This document shows, in pieces, positions 8,463 to 16,533 of a stretch of 39,893 bases of DNA. Origin of the DNA: a virus; the UHGV virus genome UHGV-0204626. One strand, 5' to 3'. The notes beneath the pieces are model-generated. The model worked only from the letters and a program-made list of their open reading frames with translations, searched no databases and had not been told where the DNA came from. Both the position numbers and the translations under genes were made by a program. Every line of letters begins with the position of its first letter. Within the stretch, counting starts at the first letter, position 1.

Positions 8463-8582
8463 TTATTTGTTTTTGCGTTGCCACATCCAGTCATCTACTT
8501 CAGACCAGATAGTGAAACCGAAGCCGATGGCGAATGTGGTAACTAAACCACCGAGAATTGGGTTGGTCATGATGTCTAACAT
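8463..8582 (-). CDS. Hypothetical small hydrophobic peptide (39 aa)
   Basis: Manually found ORF (MLDIMTNPILGGLVTTFAIGFGFTIWSEVDDWMWQRKNK) with ribosome-binding site GAGGA 7 nt upstream; predicted single transmembrane segment; lies between nutL and N. Confidence 0.3.
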   Translation of the reverse strand: MLDIMTNPILGGLVTTFAIGFGFTIWSEVDDWMWQRKNK

Positions 8583-8752
8583 TTTCTGTTCCTCAGATGA
8601 TTAGCTTTGGTGGTGTGGTAGGTGGGAGACCCATTTCGACCCGCTTCGTCCGACTTCAATTCGGCAATAGTCCCGCAGGCCTCGCCGCTTTACGTGCGAC
8701 ATATTCCCGTCCATGAACCCTTCACCACACCCCAAAGCCAACTACTCTTTGG

Positions 8753-8796
8753 TTCCCGCATTTCGGCGGGACAATCCCATCAATGTTAAAGAGCCT
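8753..8796 (-). promoter_or_regulatory. nutL (boxA plus boxB hairpin)
   Basis: On the minus strand: boxA-like GCTCTTTAACA, then 13 nt, then the hairpin CCCGC-cgaaat-GCGGG. The same boxA and an identical boxB occur at nutR on the plus strand. Confidence 0.6.
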
Positions 8797-8834
8797 GCCA
8801 ATCTGTTCCGTTTGGCTTCCAGCGTCCTGCTGAT

Positions 8835-8905
8835 GGCTTAAATTTAAGATCTCTTTAATTAATGGTCAAGGGTATTTTTGAAGAAAACTTAAATTTTCTT
8901 TCGTA
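8835..8905 (-). promoter_or_regulatory. Probable OL/pL operator-promoter region
   Basis: Contains near-palindromic ATTTAAGA...CTTTAAT sites resembling those between c2 and cro; it lies upstream of nutL and N. Exact -35/-10 not resolved. Confidence 0.4.
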
Positions 8906-8930
8906 ACTTAAGTTTGGCTTTGATTTTTAA

Positions 8931-8958
8931 AGGAAATAAAAAAAGGGGCGAATGCCCC
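8931..8958 (-). terminator. Rho-independent terminator after c2
   Basis: GGGGC-attc-GCCCC hairpin followed by a T-run on the minus strand, immediately after the c2 stop codon. Confidence 0.6.
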
Positions 8959-8959
8959 C

Positions 8960-9610
8960 TTATGGAAGGTTTGCTAGTTTTGCATCGACAACTACGCCGA
9001 TGATTTTGCAGTTTCCGTTGATCTCGATCATCGGATATTGTGGGTTAAGTGGTTTTAGAAACTTCCTGCCTGCATCAATAACTAACTTCTTGAAAGTTGC
9101 CTCGTTTTCTCCTTCGAGCTTTGCAACTACCAGTTTCCCGTTACGCGGCTCTACTTCAGGATCGACGAGTATTATCATTCCTTCAGGGATACTGAGACCG
9201 GCCGGAGCCGTCATTGAGTCTCCCTTCACGTCCAACCAAAACGAATCTTCTGAACAGTCTACGGTTGTATCGTACCAGTTATCTATTGCACGCTTATGAT
9301 ATGGTTCTACAGCTTCCATCCAGCATCCTGCGCTCACCCAGCTAATCAGAGGGTATGACCCTCTTGGATCATGCCTACTGTGATAGGCAATGTTTGAAAG
9401 ACTTTCCTCTCCTTTCATCAGATAGTCAGGGGAACACTTCAACGCATTAGCCAGGGCGAGAAGATTCTCTCCATTTGGCTCTGTCTCAGAGCGTTCCCAC
9501 TGAGATATGGCAACATTAGACACGCCGACCATCTTTCCAAGTGCGGACTGCCTGATCTTGAGTTCTTTTCTCCGAGCGCGAATGCGCTCTCCCATCAATT
9601 GAGTTTTCAT
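8960..9610 (-). CDS. c2: c2 (CI-type) repressor, LexA/S24-family
   Basis: 216-aa ORF that matches my memory of the P22 c2 repressor almost residue for residue: N-terminal HTH (IRQSALGKMVGVSNVAISQWER) and C-terminal self-cleavage domain (...GDSMTAPAGLSIPEGMIILVDPE...KLANLP). Confidence 0.95.
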   Translation of the reverse strand: MKTQLMGERIRARRKELKIRQSALGKMVGVSNVAISQWERSETEPNGENLLALANALKCSPDYLMKGEESLSNIAYHSRHDPRGSYPLISWVSAGCWMEAVEPYHKRAIDNWYDTTVDCSEDSFWLDVKGDSMTAPAGLSIPEGMIILVDPEVEPRNGKLVVAKLEGENEATFKKLVIDAGRKFLKPLNPQYPMIEINGNCKIIGVVVDAKLANLP

Positions 9611-9690
9611 AGTTAAGACATCTTAAATAAACTTGACTTAAGATTCCTTTAGTGGATAATTTAAGTGTTCTTTAATTTCGGAGCGAGTCT
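9611..9690. promoter_or_regulatory. OR operator region with divergent pRM/pR promoters
   Basis: Palindrome TTAAGAcaTCTTAA (9613-9626) and near-palindrome ATTTAAGtgttCTTTAAT (about 9657-9677); candidate pR -35 TTGACT (9633-9638) and -10 GATAAT (9655-9660); sits between divergent c2 and cro. Confidence 0.65.
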
Positions 9691-9876
9691 ATGTACAAGA
9701 AAGATGTTATCGACCACTTCGGAACCCAGCGTGCTGTAGCTAAAGCGTTAGGCATTAGCGACGCAGCAGTCTCTCAGTGGAAGGAAGTCATCCCAGAGAA
9801 AGACGCCTATCGACTGGAAGTCGTTACAGCTGGCGCCCTGAAGTATCAAGAAAGCGCTTACCGCAAAGCGGCATAA
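9691..9876 (+). CDS. cro: Cro repressor
   Basis: 61-aa ORF (MYKKDVIDHFGTQRAVAKALGISDAAVSQWKEVIPEKDAYRLEVVTAGALKYQESAYRKAA), near-identical to my memory of P22 Cro; divergent from c2. Confidence 0.95.
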   Translation: MYKKDVIDHFGTQRAVAKALGISDAAVSQWKEVIPEKDAYRLEVVTAGALKYQESAYRKAA

Positions 9877-9883
9877 GCAAATT

Positions 9884-9926
9884 GCTCTTTAACAGTCATG
9901 GTCCTCATTCCCGCCGAAATGCGGGA
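9884..9926 (+). promoter_or_regulatory. nutR (boxA plus boxB hairpin)
   Basis: boxA GCTCTTTAACA (9884-9894) then boxB hairpin CCCGC-cgaaat-GCGGG (9910-9925), directly after the cro stop. Confidence 0.65.
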
Positions 9927-9984
9927 ATACAACGCGCATAAGTTGATGCGCATAACTTCTTATTTGTTAAGGAAATACTTACAT

Positions 9985-10263
9985 ATGGAACTTACAAGTA
10001 CTCGCAAGAAAGCGAATGCAATTACAAGCAACATCCTGAATCGAATTGCTGTACGTGGTCAGCGAAAGGTTGCCGACGCGTTAGGGATTAATGAATCGCA
10101 AATTTCGCGATGGAAAGACAGCTTCATCCCAAAAATGGGAATGCTTCTGGCTGTTCTTGAATGGGGTGTTGAAGACGAGGAGTTGGCTGAACTGGCTAAG
10201 AAAGTAGCCAGAATGCTGACAAAAGAAAAAGCCCCGAAGAACGGCGAATTCTTCGAGGCCTGA
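9985..10263 (+). CDS. cII: CII-type transcriptional activator (P22 c1 equivalent)
   Basis: Internal Met of the 9898-10263 ORF, preceded by AAGGAAA; the protein carries the lambda CII motifs ...SQISRWKRDWIPK / MLLAVLEWGV... in the form ...ESQISRWKDSFIPKMGMLLAVLEWGVEDEE. Confidence 0.85.
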   Translation: MELTSTRKKANAITSNILNRIAVRGQRKVADALGINESQISRWKDSFIPKMGMLLAVLEWGVEDEELAELAKKVARMLTKEKAPKNGEFFEA

Positions 10264-10297
10264 TGTAGAAAGACTGGATCAATCCACAGGAGGAATT

Positions 10298-10453
10298 ATG
10301 ACAAAACGTCGTAAGAAATACCAGGAAAAAGAAGAGATTCGACACCCTGATTCACCTGAGGGATTAGTGGTAGCCGCAGCAAATAACAGGGCGTTCGCAG
10401 AGCGCCTTGTTGGTGTTTACAGACTAGCCAAAGCAGGAGTGAAACATGGGCGT
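10298..10453 (+). CDS. Hypothetical small basic protein (51 aa)
   Basis: Manually found ORF with a strong ribosome-binding site (ACAGGAGGAATT-ATG) between cII and O (MTKRRKKYQEKEEIRHPDSPEGLVVAAANNRAFAERLVGVYRLAKAGVKHGRR). Confidence 0.4.
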
Positions 10454-10508
10454 CGTTAAGTTAGCTGATTACAGGCATAACCCTGTACAACATCAGGAGG
10501 CATCCAGT

Positions 10509-11336
10509 ATGGGGTATGTCTCTATACACCGCCAGTTTATGGACAGCAGGCTCTATAAGGACTCTCAGGCAGTACATCTTTGGCTTCACTTAATCCTCAA
10601 GGCTAATCACGAATCTACTGTCGTCAATACGGATATCGGTCCGATAACTGTTGATCGCGGTCAGATGATAACTGGACGCCCGTCGCTGGTCAGAGAAACA
10701 TTCATCCCCGACAACAAAGTTCGGAGCTTATTACGGACTTTTGAGTCGAAAGGGATGCTTAATATTTGCTCGATGGGGAAGAAATTTAGCCTGTTTACAA
10801 TCGTTAAATATGACGATTTTCAGGCAAAAAATTGTCCAACGGTTGTCCAACGGTTGTCCAACGCAAACACCAGTAATGGCGCGGCTCTCAGCGGAGATTG
10901 TCCAACGGTTGTCCAACTGTTGTCCATAAACAATAATATAAATAATATCTCTAATACTGACGTATTAGAGAGTGCCACAGCAGACAAAAAGTCTGACAAG
11001 AAAAAACCTTCCGTTAGCTGTCAGGATGTTGTCGATGCTTACCACGAAATCCTTCCTGAAGCGCCAAGAATCCGCGCACTGAATGACAAGCGTAAAAACC
11101 AGATCCGAACGTTCTGGCGCAAAGCCGGAGTGATAACCCGCCAGCTTGACGGGCATGGGTTCACGATGCAGGACTGGAGAAATTATTTGAGCTACGTAGG
11201 CGAAAATTGCCGATGGATGTTCGAAGAACGCCCAAACCATCAACGCGGAACCGTCTGGCACAAAAAGGGATTTGATTTCCTGCTTAACGACAATACCTAC
11301 CTGAAAGTTCGTGAGGGTGAACACGATGACCGATAA
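10509..11336 (+). CDS. O: Replication initiator O (P22 gene 18 equivalent)
   Basis: ORF containing the origin iterons and AT-rich region inside its coding sequence, as in lambda O. Start placed at the Met preceded by CAGGAGG; an alternative upstream start exists at 10446. Confidence 0.8.
   Translation: MGYVSIHRQFMDSRLYKDSQAVHLWLHLILKANHESTVVNTDIGPITVDRGQMITGRPSLVRETFIPDNKVRSLLRTFESKGMLNICSMGKKFSLFTIVKYDDFQAKNCPTVVQRLSNANTSNGAALSGDCPTVVQLLSINNNINNISNTDVLESATADKKSDKKKPSVSCQDVVDAYHEILPEAPRIRALNDKRKNQIRTFWRKAGVITRQLDGHGFTMQDWRNYLSYVGENCRWMFEERPNHQRGTVWHKKGFDFLLNDNTYLKVREGEHDDR
10832..10965. repeat. Origin of replication: six 11-bp iterons plus AT-rich region
   Basis: TTGTCCAACGG repeated three times in tandem (10832-10864) and three more near-copies (about 10898-10930), followed by AT-rich DNA (AAACAATAATATAAATAATATCTCTAATA). 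Confidence 0.8.
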
Positions 11337-12762
11337 TTTTTATGCGCCGCCCCATAGCATCGAGGCAGAGCAGGCGGTTATTGGTGGATTGCTTCTGGAT
11401 GATGACAGCAGTGAGCGCGTCCGGAAAGTTCTGGCGATGCTGAAGCCTGATTCATTTTACAGCCGACCACACAAAATCATTTTCGATGAAATAACCAGAA
11501 TGCACCGGGAGCAAAAGCCAGTAGATGGGCTGACGCTTTTCGATGAACTGGAGCGCAAATCATTAACGGCGTCTGTTGGCGGTTTTGCTTATATCGCTGA
11601 GATCGCAAAGAACACGCCAAGCGCCGCAAACATCGTTGCCTATGCAATGCAGGTTCGTGAAACCGCAATGGAACGCTACGCCATCAACCGCATGACTGAA
11701 GCGACGGAATTGCTCTATTCCCGCAACGGAATGACTGCAACGCAGAAGTACGAAGCTATTCAGTCGATTTTCACGCAACTGACAGACCATGCAAAAACCG
11801 GATCGCGTCGCGGCCTTCGTTCATTTGGTGAGGTCATGGAAGACTGGGTTAGCGACCTTGAGAAGCGATTTGACCCATCAGGCGAACAACGGGGAATGAG
11901 CACAGGGATCCCATCGCTGGACAGGATGCTGTCACCGAAAGGTCTGGTGAAAGGCTCTCTGTTTGTCATTGGCGCTCGCCCTAAGATGGGGAAAACGACG
12001 CTATACAGCCAGATGGCAATCAACTGCGCAGTGCATGAGAAAAAGCCCGCTCTGATGTTCAGCCTTGAAATGCCCGGTGACCAGATACTGGAAAAACTGG
12101 TAGGGCAGAAGTCAGGTGTGAACCCGAATATTTTTTACCTTCCGGCGACAAATGACGCTGATGACGGCTATCAGGGTGATTACGATGGTGACTTCAACAG
12201 GGCGATCGAGACAGCCAATCGCTTGAGTGAAATCGACCTGCTTTACATCGACGACACGCCGGGATTATCTCTGGCTCAAATCGTCAGCGAAAGCCGTCGA
12301 ATCAAACGAGAAAAAGGATGCGTTGGCATGATTCTGGTCGATTACCTGACGCTAATGACCGCTGAAAAGGCCGATCGCAACGACCTTGCATACGGCATGA
12401 TCACCAAAGGACTGAAGAACCTTGCCAAAGAGCTTGATTGCGTTGTTGTGCTTCTGACACAGCTTAACCGCGCATTGGAAAGCCGAACCAATAAACGCCC
12501 ATTACCAAGTGACTCGCGCGATACAGGGCAGATTGAACAGGATTGCGATTACTGGGTGGGGATCCATCGGGAAGGTGCTTTTGATGACAGTGTTCCACCT
12601 GGTGAAACCGAACTAATCCTTCGTCTCAATCGTCATGGCAATACCGGCACGGTGTATTGCATTCAGGCAAATGGCGCTATTTATGACACAGACCAACAGT
12701 CTGCTGAAATGCGCCGACGTGAACGCGAGGAACCGCAGTCCAAGAAGAAAGGGGGATTCTGA
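11326..12762 (+). CDS. DnaB-family replicative helicase (P22 gene 12 equivalent)
   Basis: About 479-aa ORF; DnaB N-terminal domain motif (PHSIEAEQAVIGGLLLD) and Walker A (GARPKMGKTT) in a RecA-like domain. Start placed at MTDNFYAPP, overlapping the O stop. Confidence 0.9.
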   Translation: MTDNFYAPPHSIEAEQAVIGGLLLDDDSSERVRKVLAMLKPDSFYSRPHKIIFDEITRMHREQKPVDGLTLFDELERKSLTASVGGFAYIAEIAKNTPSAANIVAYAMQVRETAMERYAINRMTEATELLYSRNGMTATQKYEAIQSIFTQLTDHAKTGSRRGLRSFGEVMEDWVSDLEKRFDPSGEQRGMSTGIPSLDRMLSPKGLVKGSLFVIGARPKMGKTTLYSQMAINCAVHEKKPALMFSLEMPGDQILEKLVGQKSGVNPNIFYLPATNDADDGYQGDYDGDFNRAIETANRLSEIDLLYIDDTPGLSLAQIVSESRRIKREKGCVGMILVDYLTLMTAEKADRNDLAYGMITKGLKNLAKELDCVVVLLTQLNRALESRTNKRPLPSDSRDTGQIEQDCDYWVGIHREGAFDDSVPPGETELILRLNRHGNTGTVYCIQANGAIYDTDQQSAEMRRREREEPQSKKKGGF

Positions 12763-13031
12763 TGAATAAAAAACAATTAGCCATTCTCGAAAAGGCATGG
12801 GATGCACAAATATCATGCGCTTTGAAAGAACAGGCACTACCAATAATCCAGACCAAATCGAAAATAGCCAGGCAGTTATGCGATGACGGATTCCTGAACG
12901 AAGTTGAGATTACGCGCCAGATGGTAACGTTCAAAGGGTATGAGATAAATCATCATGGTATAGCGGCGTATTGCTCCCATCTTCCTGATGACGTTGACAT
13001 TGATGAAATGGAAAGGGAGATGAAGCAATGA
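12762..13031 (+). CDS. Hypothetical nin-region protein
   Basis: 89-aa ORF whose start overlaps the helicase stop (ATGA). Confidence 0.55.
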   Translation: MNKKQLAILEKAWDAQISCALKEQALPIIQTKSKIARQLCDDGFLNEVEITRQMVTFKGYEINHHGIAAYCSHLPDDVDIDEMEREMKQ

Positions 13032-13057
13032 CCATCTACATCACTGAGATAATAACA

Positions 13058-13087
13058 GGGGCTATTTACACAGTAGCCCTTTTTTAT
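13058..13087 (+). terminator. Rho-independent terminator (tR2-like) in the nin region
   Basis: GGGGCTA-tttacacag-TAGCCC hairpin followed by TTTTTTATT; position matches the terminator that lambda carries between P and the nin genes. Confidence 0.6.
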
Positions 13088-13109
13088 TGGATTAAGAACG
13101 AGGGGGATC

Positions 13110-13325
13110 ATGATGGACACTGTTAACGGAATGTGTTCAGACGCACCGCGTGCCAAAAAATGTAAATGCGGAAAATCACCGACAATATTTGACATGGAGA
13201 ACGGGTGCCAAATCTACTGCGCTAACCACGCCGCTGTGGCGGCCGCGAATTATCGCAGTGCGGTAACGGAGTGGAATAACCTGAAATCTGTTAGAGAGGG
13301 AAGTCATGAAAAAACTAACCTTTGA
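13110..13325 (+). CDS. Hypothetical small Cys-rich protein
   Basis: 71-aa ORF with a strong ribosome-binding site (GAGGGGGATC-ATG) and a CKCG...C...C cysteine cluster (possible zinc ribbon). Confidence 0.55.
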   Translation: MMDTVNGMCSDAPRAKKCKCGKSPTIFDMENGCQIYCANHAAVAAANYRSAVTEWNNLKSVREGSHEKTNL

Positions 13326-13746
13326 AATTCGATCTCCAGCACATCAGCAAAACGCTATTCACGCAGTACAGCAAATCCTTCCAGACCCAACCAAACCAAT
13401 CGTAGTAACCATTCAGGAACGCAACCGCAGCTTAGACCAGAATCGAAAGCTTTGGGCCTGCCTTGGTGACGTCTCTCGTCAGGTTGAATGGCATGGTCGC
13501 TGGCTGGATGCAGAAAGCTGGAAGTGTGTGTTTACCGCAGCATTAAAGCAGCAGGACGTTGTTCCTAACCTTGCCGGGAATGGCTTTGTGGTAATAGGCC
13601 AGTCAACCAGCAGGATGCGTGTAAGCGAATTTGCGGAGTTATTAGAGCTTATACAGGCATTCGGTACAGAACATGGCGTTAAGTGGTCAGACGAAGCGCG
13701 ACTGGCTCTGGAGTGGAAAGCGCGATGGGGAGAGCGGGCTGCATGA
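13306..13746 (+). CDS. ninB: NinB (Orf family recombination mediator)
   Basis: 146-aa ORF (MKKLTFEIRSPAHQQNAIHAVQQILPDPTKP...) that matches my memory of lambda NinB nearly exactly. Confidence 0.9.
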   Translation: MKKLTFEIRSPAHQQNAIHAVQQILPDPTKPIVVTIQERNRSLDQNRKLWACLGDVSRQVEWHGRWLDAESWKCVFTAALKQQDVVPNLAGNGFVVIGQSTSRMRVSEFAELLELIQAFGTEHGVKWSDEARLALEWKARWGERAA

Positions 13747-14270
13747 CTATCAAATCAAATACGCCAGCACACGACAAGGACTGCTGGCAAACGCCGCTTT
13801 GGCTTTTTGATGCACTGGATATTGAGTTTGGATTCTGGCTGGATTCGGCAGCGAGCGACAAAAATGCTCTGTGTGCTCACTGGCTAACTGAGGCCGACGA
13901 CGCGCTCAATTCTGAGTGGGTAAGCCACGGTGCAATCTGGAATAACCCACCGTACAGCAATATCAGGCCGTGGGTGGAAAAAGCCGCTGAGCAGTGCATA
14001 CAACAGCGACAGACGGTAGTTATGCTTGTGCCAGAGGATATGTCAGTCGGATGGTTCAGCAAGGCTCTGGAGAGTGTCGACGAAGTTCGCATTATCACTG
14101 ATGGACGGATTAATTTTATCGAACCATCGACAGGGCTGGAGAAGAAGGGAAACAGCAAAGGCTCCATGCTGCTGATTTGGCGACCGTTCATCAGTCCTCG
14201 ACGGATGTTTACTACCGTATCCAAAGCGGCATTGATGGCGATCGGGCAGGGCGTCAGGAGGGCGGCATGA
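13743..14270 (+). CDS. dam: Phage DNA N6-adenine methyltransferase (Dam-type)
   Basis: Start overlaps the ninB stop (ATGA); contains the catalytic NPPY motif (IWNNPPYS) and the CWQTP motif typical of phage N6A methyltransferases. Confidence 0.85.
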   Translation: MTIKSNTPAHDKDCWQTPLWLFDALDIEFGFWLDSAASDKNALCAHWLTEADDALNSEWVSHGAIWNNPPYSNIRPWVEKAAEQCIQQRQTVVMLVPEDMSVGWFSKALESVDEVRIITDGRINFIEPSTGLEKKGNSKGSMLLIWRPFISPRRMFTTVSKAALMAIGQGVRRAA

Positions 14271-14443
14271 GGCGACAGCGACGAAGTATCACCGACATAA
14301 TCTGCGAAAACTGCAAATACCTTCCAACGAAACGCTCCAGAAATAAACGCAAGCCAATTCCAAAAGAATCTGACGTAAAAACCTTCAACTACACGGCTCA
14401 CCTGTGGGATATCCGGTGGCTAAGACATCGTGCGAGGAAATGA
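14267..14443 (+). CDS. ninE: NinE
   Basis: Internal start coupled to the methyltransferase stop; [58 protein letters not shown] matches my memory of lambda NinE. Confidence 0.8.
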   Translation: MRRQRRSITDIICENCKYLPTKRSRNKRKPIPKESDVKTFNYTAHLWDIRWLRHRARK

Positions 14444-14805
14444 CAATGGATTATTCACAGTTAAGTGATTTTGAAATTAACGTGGCGGTATTCGAAGCCA
14501 TTCATAACGGATCACCGGATTACAAAGAAGGTGAGAATGGCGCGATGGTGTTTATCTCATTTGAGGGAGACATTGTAAACGGAGACGCAGTTGAAGTAGA
14601 AGTTGAGCGCGGATCCTTTAACCCATGCGCAAACCCAGCAGACGCATGGCCGATTATTGAAAAATACAGGATTAGCATTATCAATCTCGATGAAGACGAG
14701 TGGGGTGCACGCGGTGTGGCCTACTGTAAATCTAAGCGAGCTATACATGAAAATCCCCTCCGCGCCGCCATGATTGTCTTTCTCATGATGCAGAGAATCC
14801 AATAA
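14440..14805 (+). CDS. Hypothetical nin-region protein
   Basis: About 121-aa ORF starting at MTMDYSQ, translationally coupled to the ninE stop. Confidence 0.6.
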   Translation: MTMDYSQLSDFEINVAVFEAIHNGSPDYKEGENGAMVFISFEGDIVNGDAVEVEVERGSFNPCANPADAWPIIEKYRISIINLDEDEWGARGVAYCKSKRAIHENPLRAAMIVFLMMQRIQ

Positions 14806-14981
14806 TGCTTAGCCCATCCCAATCCATTCAATACCAGAAAGAAAGCGTCGAGCGAGCTTTAACGTGCGCTAACTGCGGTCAGAAGCTGCATGTGCTGGAA
14901 GTTCACGTGTGCTCAGATTGCTGCGCAGAACTGATGAGCGATCCGAATAGCTCAATGTACGAGGAAGAAGACGATGAATGA
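14805..14981 (+). CDS. ninF: NinF
   Basis: Manually found 58-aa ORF ([58 protein letters not shown]) that matches lambda NinF; the Cys4 pattern suggests zinc binding. Confidence 0.7.
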   Translation: MLSPSQSIQYQKESVERALTCANCGQKLHVLEVHVCSDCCAELMSDPNSSMYEEEDDE

Positions 14982-15699
14982 GTTAATAAATGGCAATGCC
15001 ATCAAAATGACAAGCATTGAAATCGCTGAGTTGGTAGAAAGCCGCCATAGCAATGTAAAAGTATCCATAGATAGATTGGTGAAACGTGGCGTTATCAAGC
15101 CTCCTGCATTGCAGCACACTAACATAATCAATGATTTAGGTGTTATTACCGGGAAGCGTGATTTCTACGTCTTCGAGGGCGAACAAGGTAAGCGAGACAG
15201 CATTATTGTCGTCGCTCAGTTGTCGCCGGAATTCACCGCTCGTCTTGTTGACCGTTGGCGAGAGCTTGAAGAAGCTGCGGTTAATATCCCCAAAACGCTA
15301 CCAGAAGCGTTGCGCCTTGCTGCTGATCTTGCTGAGCAGAAAATGCAACTGGAAAACCAGCTCGCAATTGCCGCACCTAAAGTTGAGTTTGCCGATCGCG
15401 TTGGCGAGGCCAGCGGAATTTTGATTGGAAACTTTGCAAAGGTTGTTGGAATTGGTCCAAACAAACTGTTTGCGTGGATGCGCGATCACAAAATCCTTAT
15501 TGCTTCAGGTTCCCGGCGCAATGTGCCAATGCAGGAATATATGGATCGCGGCTATTTCACAGTGAAAGAAACAGCGGTCAACACAAATCACGGAATACAG
15601 ATATCGTTCACCACAAAAATCACCGGGCGTGGTCAACAGTGGCTGACCAGAAAGCTGCTCGATAACGGAATGCTGAAAGTAACAGGGGAGGCTGCTTAA
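14974..15699 (+). CDS. Rha-family regulatory protein with a KilA-C/ANT-type C-terminal domain (antirepressor-like)
   Basis: 241-aa ORF; N-terminal Rha-type region and a C-terminal domain of the kind found in antirepressors. Domain assignment is from memory, not a profile search. Confidence 0.7.
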   Translation: MNELINGNAIKMTSIEIAELVESRHSNVKVSIDRLVKRGVIKPPALQHTNIINDLGVITGKRDFYVFEGEQGKRDSIIVVAQLSPEFTARLVDRWRELEEAAVNIPKTLPEALRLAADLAEQKMQLENQLAIAAPKVEFADRVGEASGILIGNFAKVVGIGPNKLFAWMRDHKILIASGSRRNVPMQEYMDRGYFTVKETAVNTNHGIQISFTTKITGRGQQWLTRKLLDNGMLKVTGEAA

Positions 15700-15989
15700 T
15701 GGCTAACCTACGCAAAGAAGCACGCGGCAGAGAATGCCAGGTACGTATTTACGGCGTATGCAATGGCAATCCTGAAACTACAGTTCTGGCACATTACCGG
15801 ATGGCTGGAATTTGCGGAACGGGAATGAAGCCTGACGACCTGATCGGCGCATGGGCTTGTAGTGACTGCCACGCGGAGATCGACCGACGCACCCGGATTC
15901 TCGACAACAAAGACGCCAGACTTTACCACCTCGAAGGCGTGATCAGGACGCAGGCGATACTGCTGAAGGAGGGGAAGATTAAGTCATGA
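15699..15989 (+). CDS. YbcO-like putative nuclease (DUF1364)
   Basis: 96-aa ORF with the conserved Cys/His pattern RECQVR...VCNGNPET...CSDCH seen in YbcO-family prophage proteins. Confidence 0.7.
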   Translation: MANLRKEARGRECQVRIYGVCNGNPETTVLAHYRMAGICGTGMKPDDLIGAWACSDCHAEIDRRTRILDNKDARLYHLEGVIRTQAILLKEGKIKS

Positions 15990-16348
15990 ACGAATATCAG
16001 TTTGTGCTTCCATACCCGCCGTCGGTGAATACCTACTGGCGAAGACGGGGAAGCCAATATTACATAAGCGATAAAGGCCAGAAATACCGAAAAGACGTTC
16101 AGCAAATCATCCACCAACTCAAGTTAGATATTTTCACCAAATCACGACTCCGCATCAAAGTCATCGCAGACGTTCCAGACTCCCGCCGCCGCGACCTCGA
16201 TAACATCCTGAAAGGTTTACTCGATTCCCTTATCCACGCCGGATTTGCGGAAGACGACGAGCAATTCGATGACATTCGCGTAATTCGTGGTGTGAAAGTA
16301 CCAGGCGGACGGCTTGGAATAAAAATCACCGAACTGGAGAACGCATGA
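15986..16348 (+). CDS. rusA: RusA Holliday-junction resolvase
   Basis: 120-aa ORF with RusA-like features (PPSVNTYW...DLDN...) in the nin region. Confidence 0.88.
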   Translation: MNEYQFVLPYPPSVNTYWRRRGSQYYISDKGQKYRKDVQQIIHQLKLDIFTKSRLRIKVIADVPDSRRRDLDNILKGLLDSLIHAGFAEDDEQFDDIRVIRGVKVPGGRLGIKITELENA

Positions 16349-16533
16349 ACGCCACAATTCAAACGATACCAGAGCTTCTTATCCAGACACGAGGCAATCA
16401 GACCGAAGTGGCGAGGATGCTTTCCTGTGCAAGAGGAACAGTGCTCAAGTACAACCGAGACAGCAAAGGCGAGCGTCATGTAATAGTTAACGGCGTCCTG
16501 ATGGTCAAACAGGGAAAGAGGGGAAGACGATGA
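16345..16533 (+). CDS. ninH: NinH-like protein
   Basis: 62-aa ORF with the core GNQTEVARML.C.RGTV.KY, as in lambda NinH. Confidence 0.75.
   Translation: MNATIQTIPELLIQTRGNQTEVARMLSCARGTVLKYNRDSKGERHVIVNGVLMVKQGKRGRR

Noticed and set aside
8423-8494. The longer N ORF starting at 8494 (MTGCGNAKTNNHRHTRMCTYPEVN...)
   Set aside because: The upstream extension has no ribosome-binding site and overlaps the small hydrophobic ORF; the internal Met at 8422 has a GGAGGT site and places the arginine-rich motif at the N-terminus as in lambda N.
10731-10929. ORFs 10731-10916 (-) and 10741-10929 (+) over the origin iterons
   Set aside because: Both are generated by the tandem TTGTCCAACGG iterons inside the O gene and translate to repetitive peptides (…DNRWTI… / …VQRLSN…); they are artefacts of the repeats.
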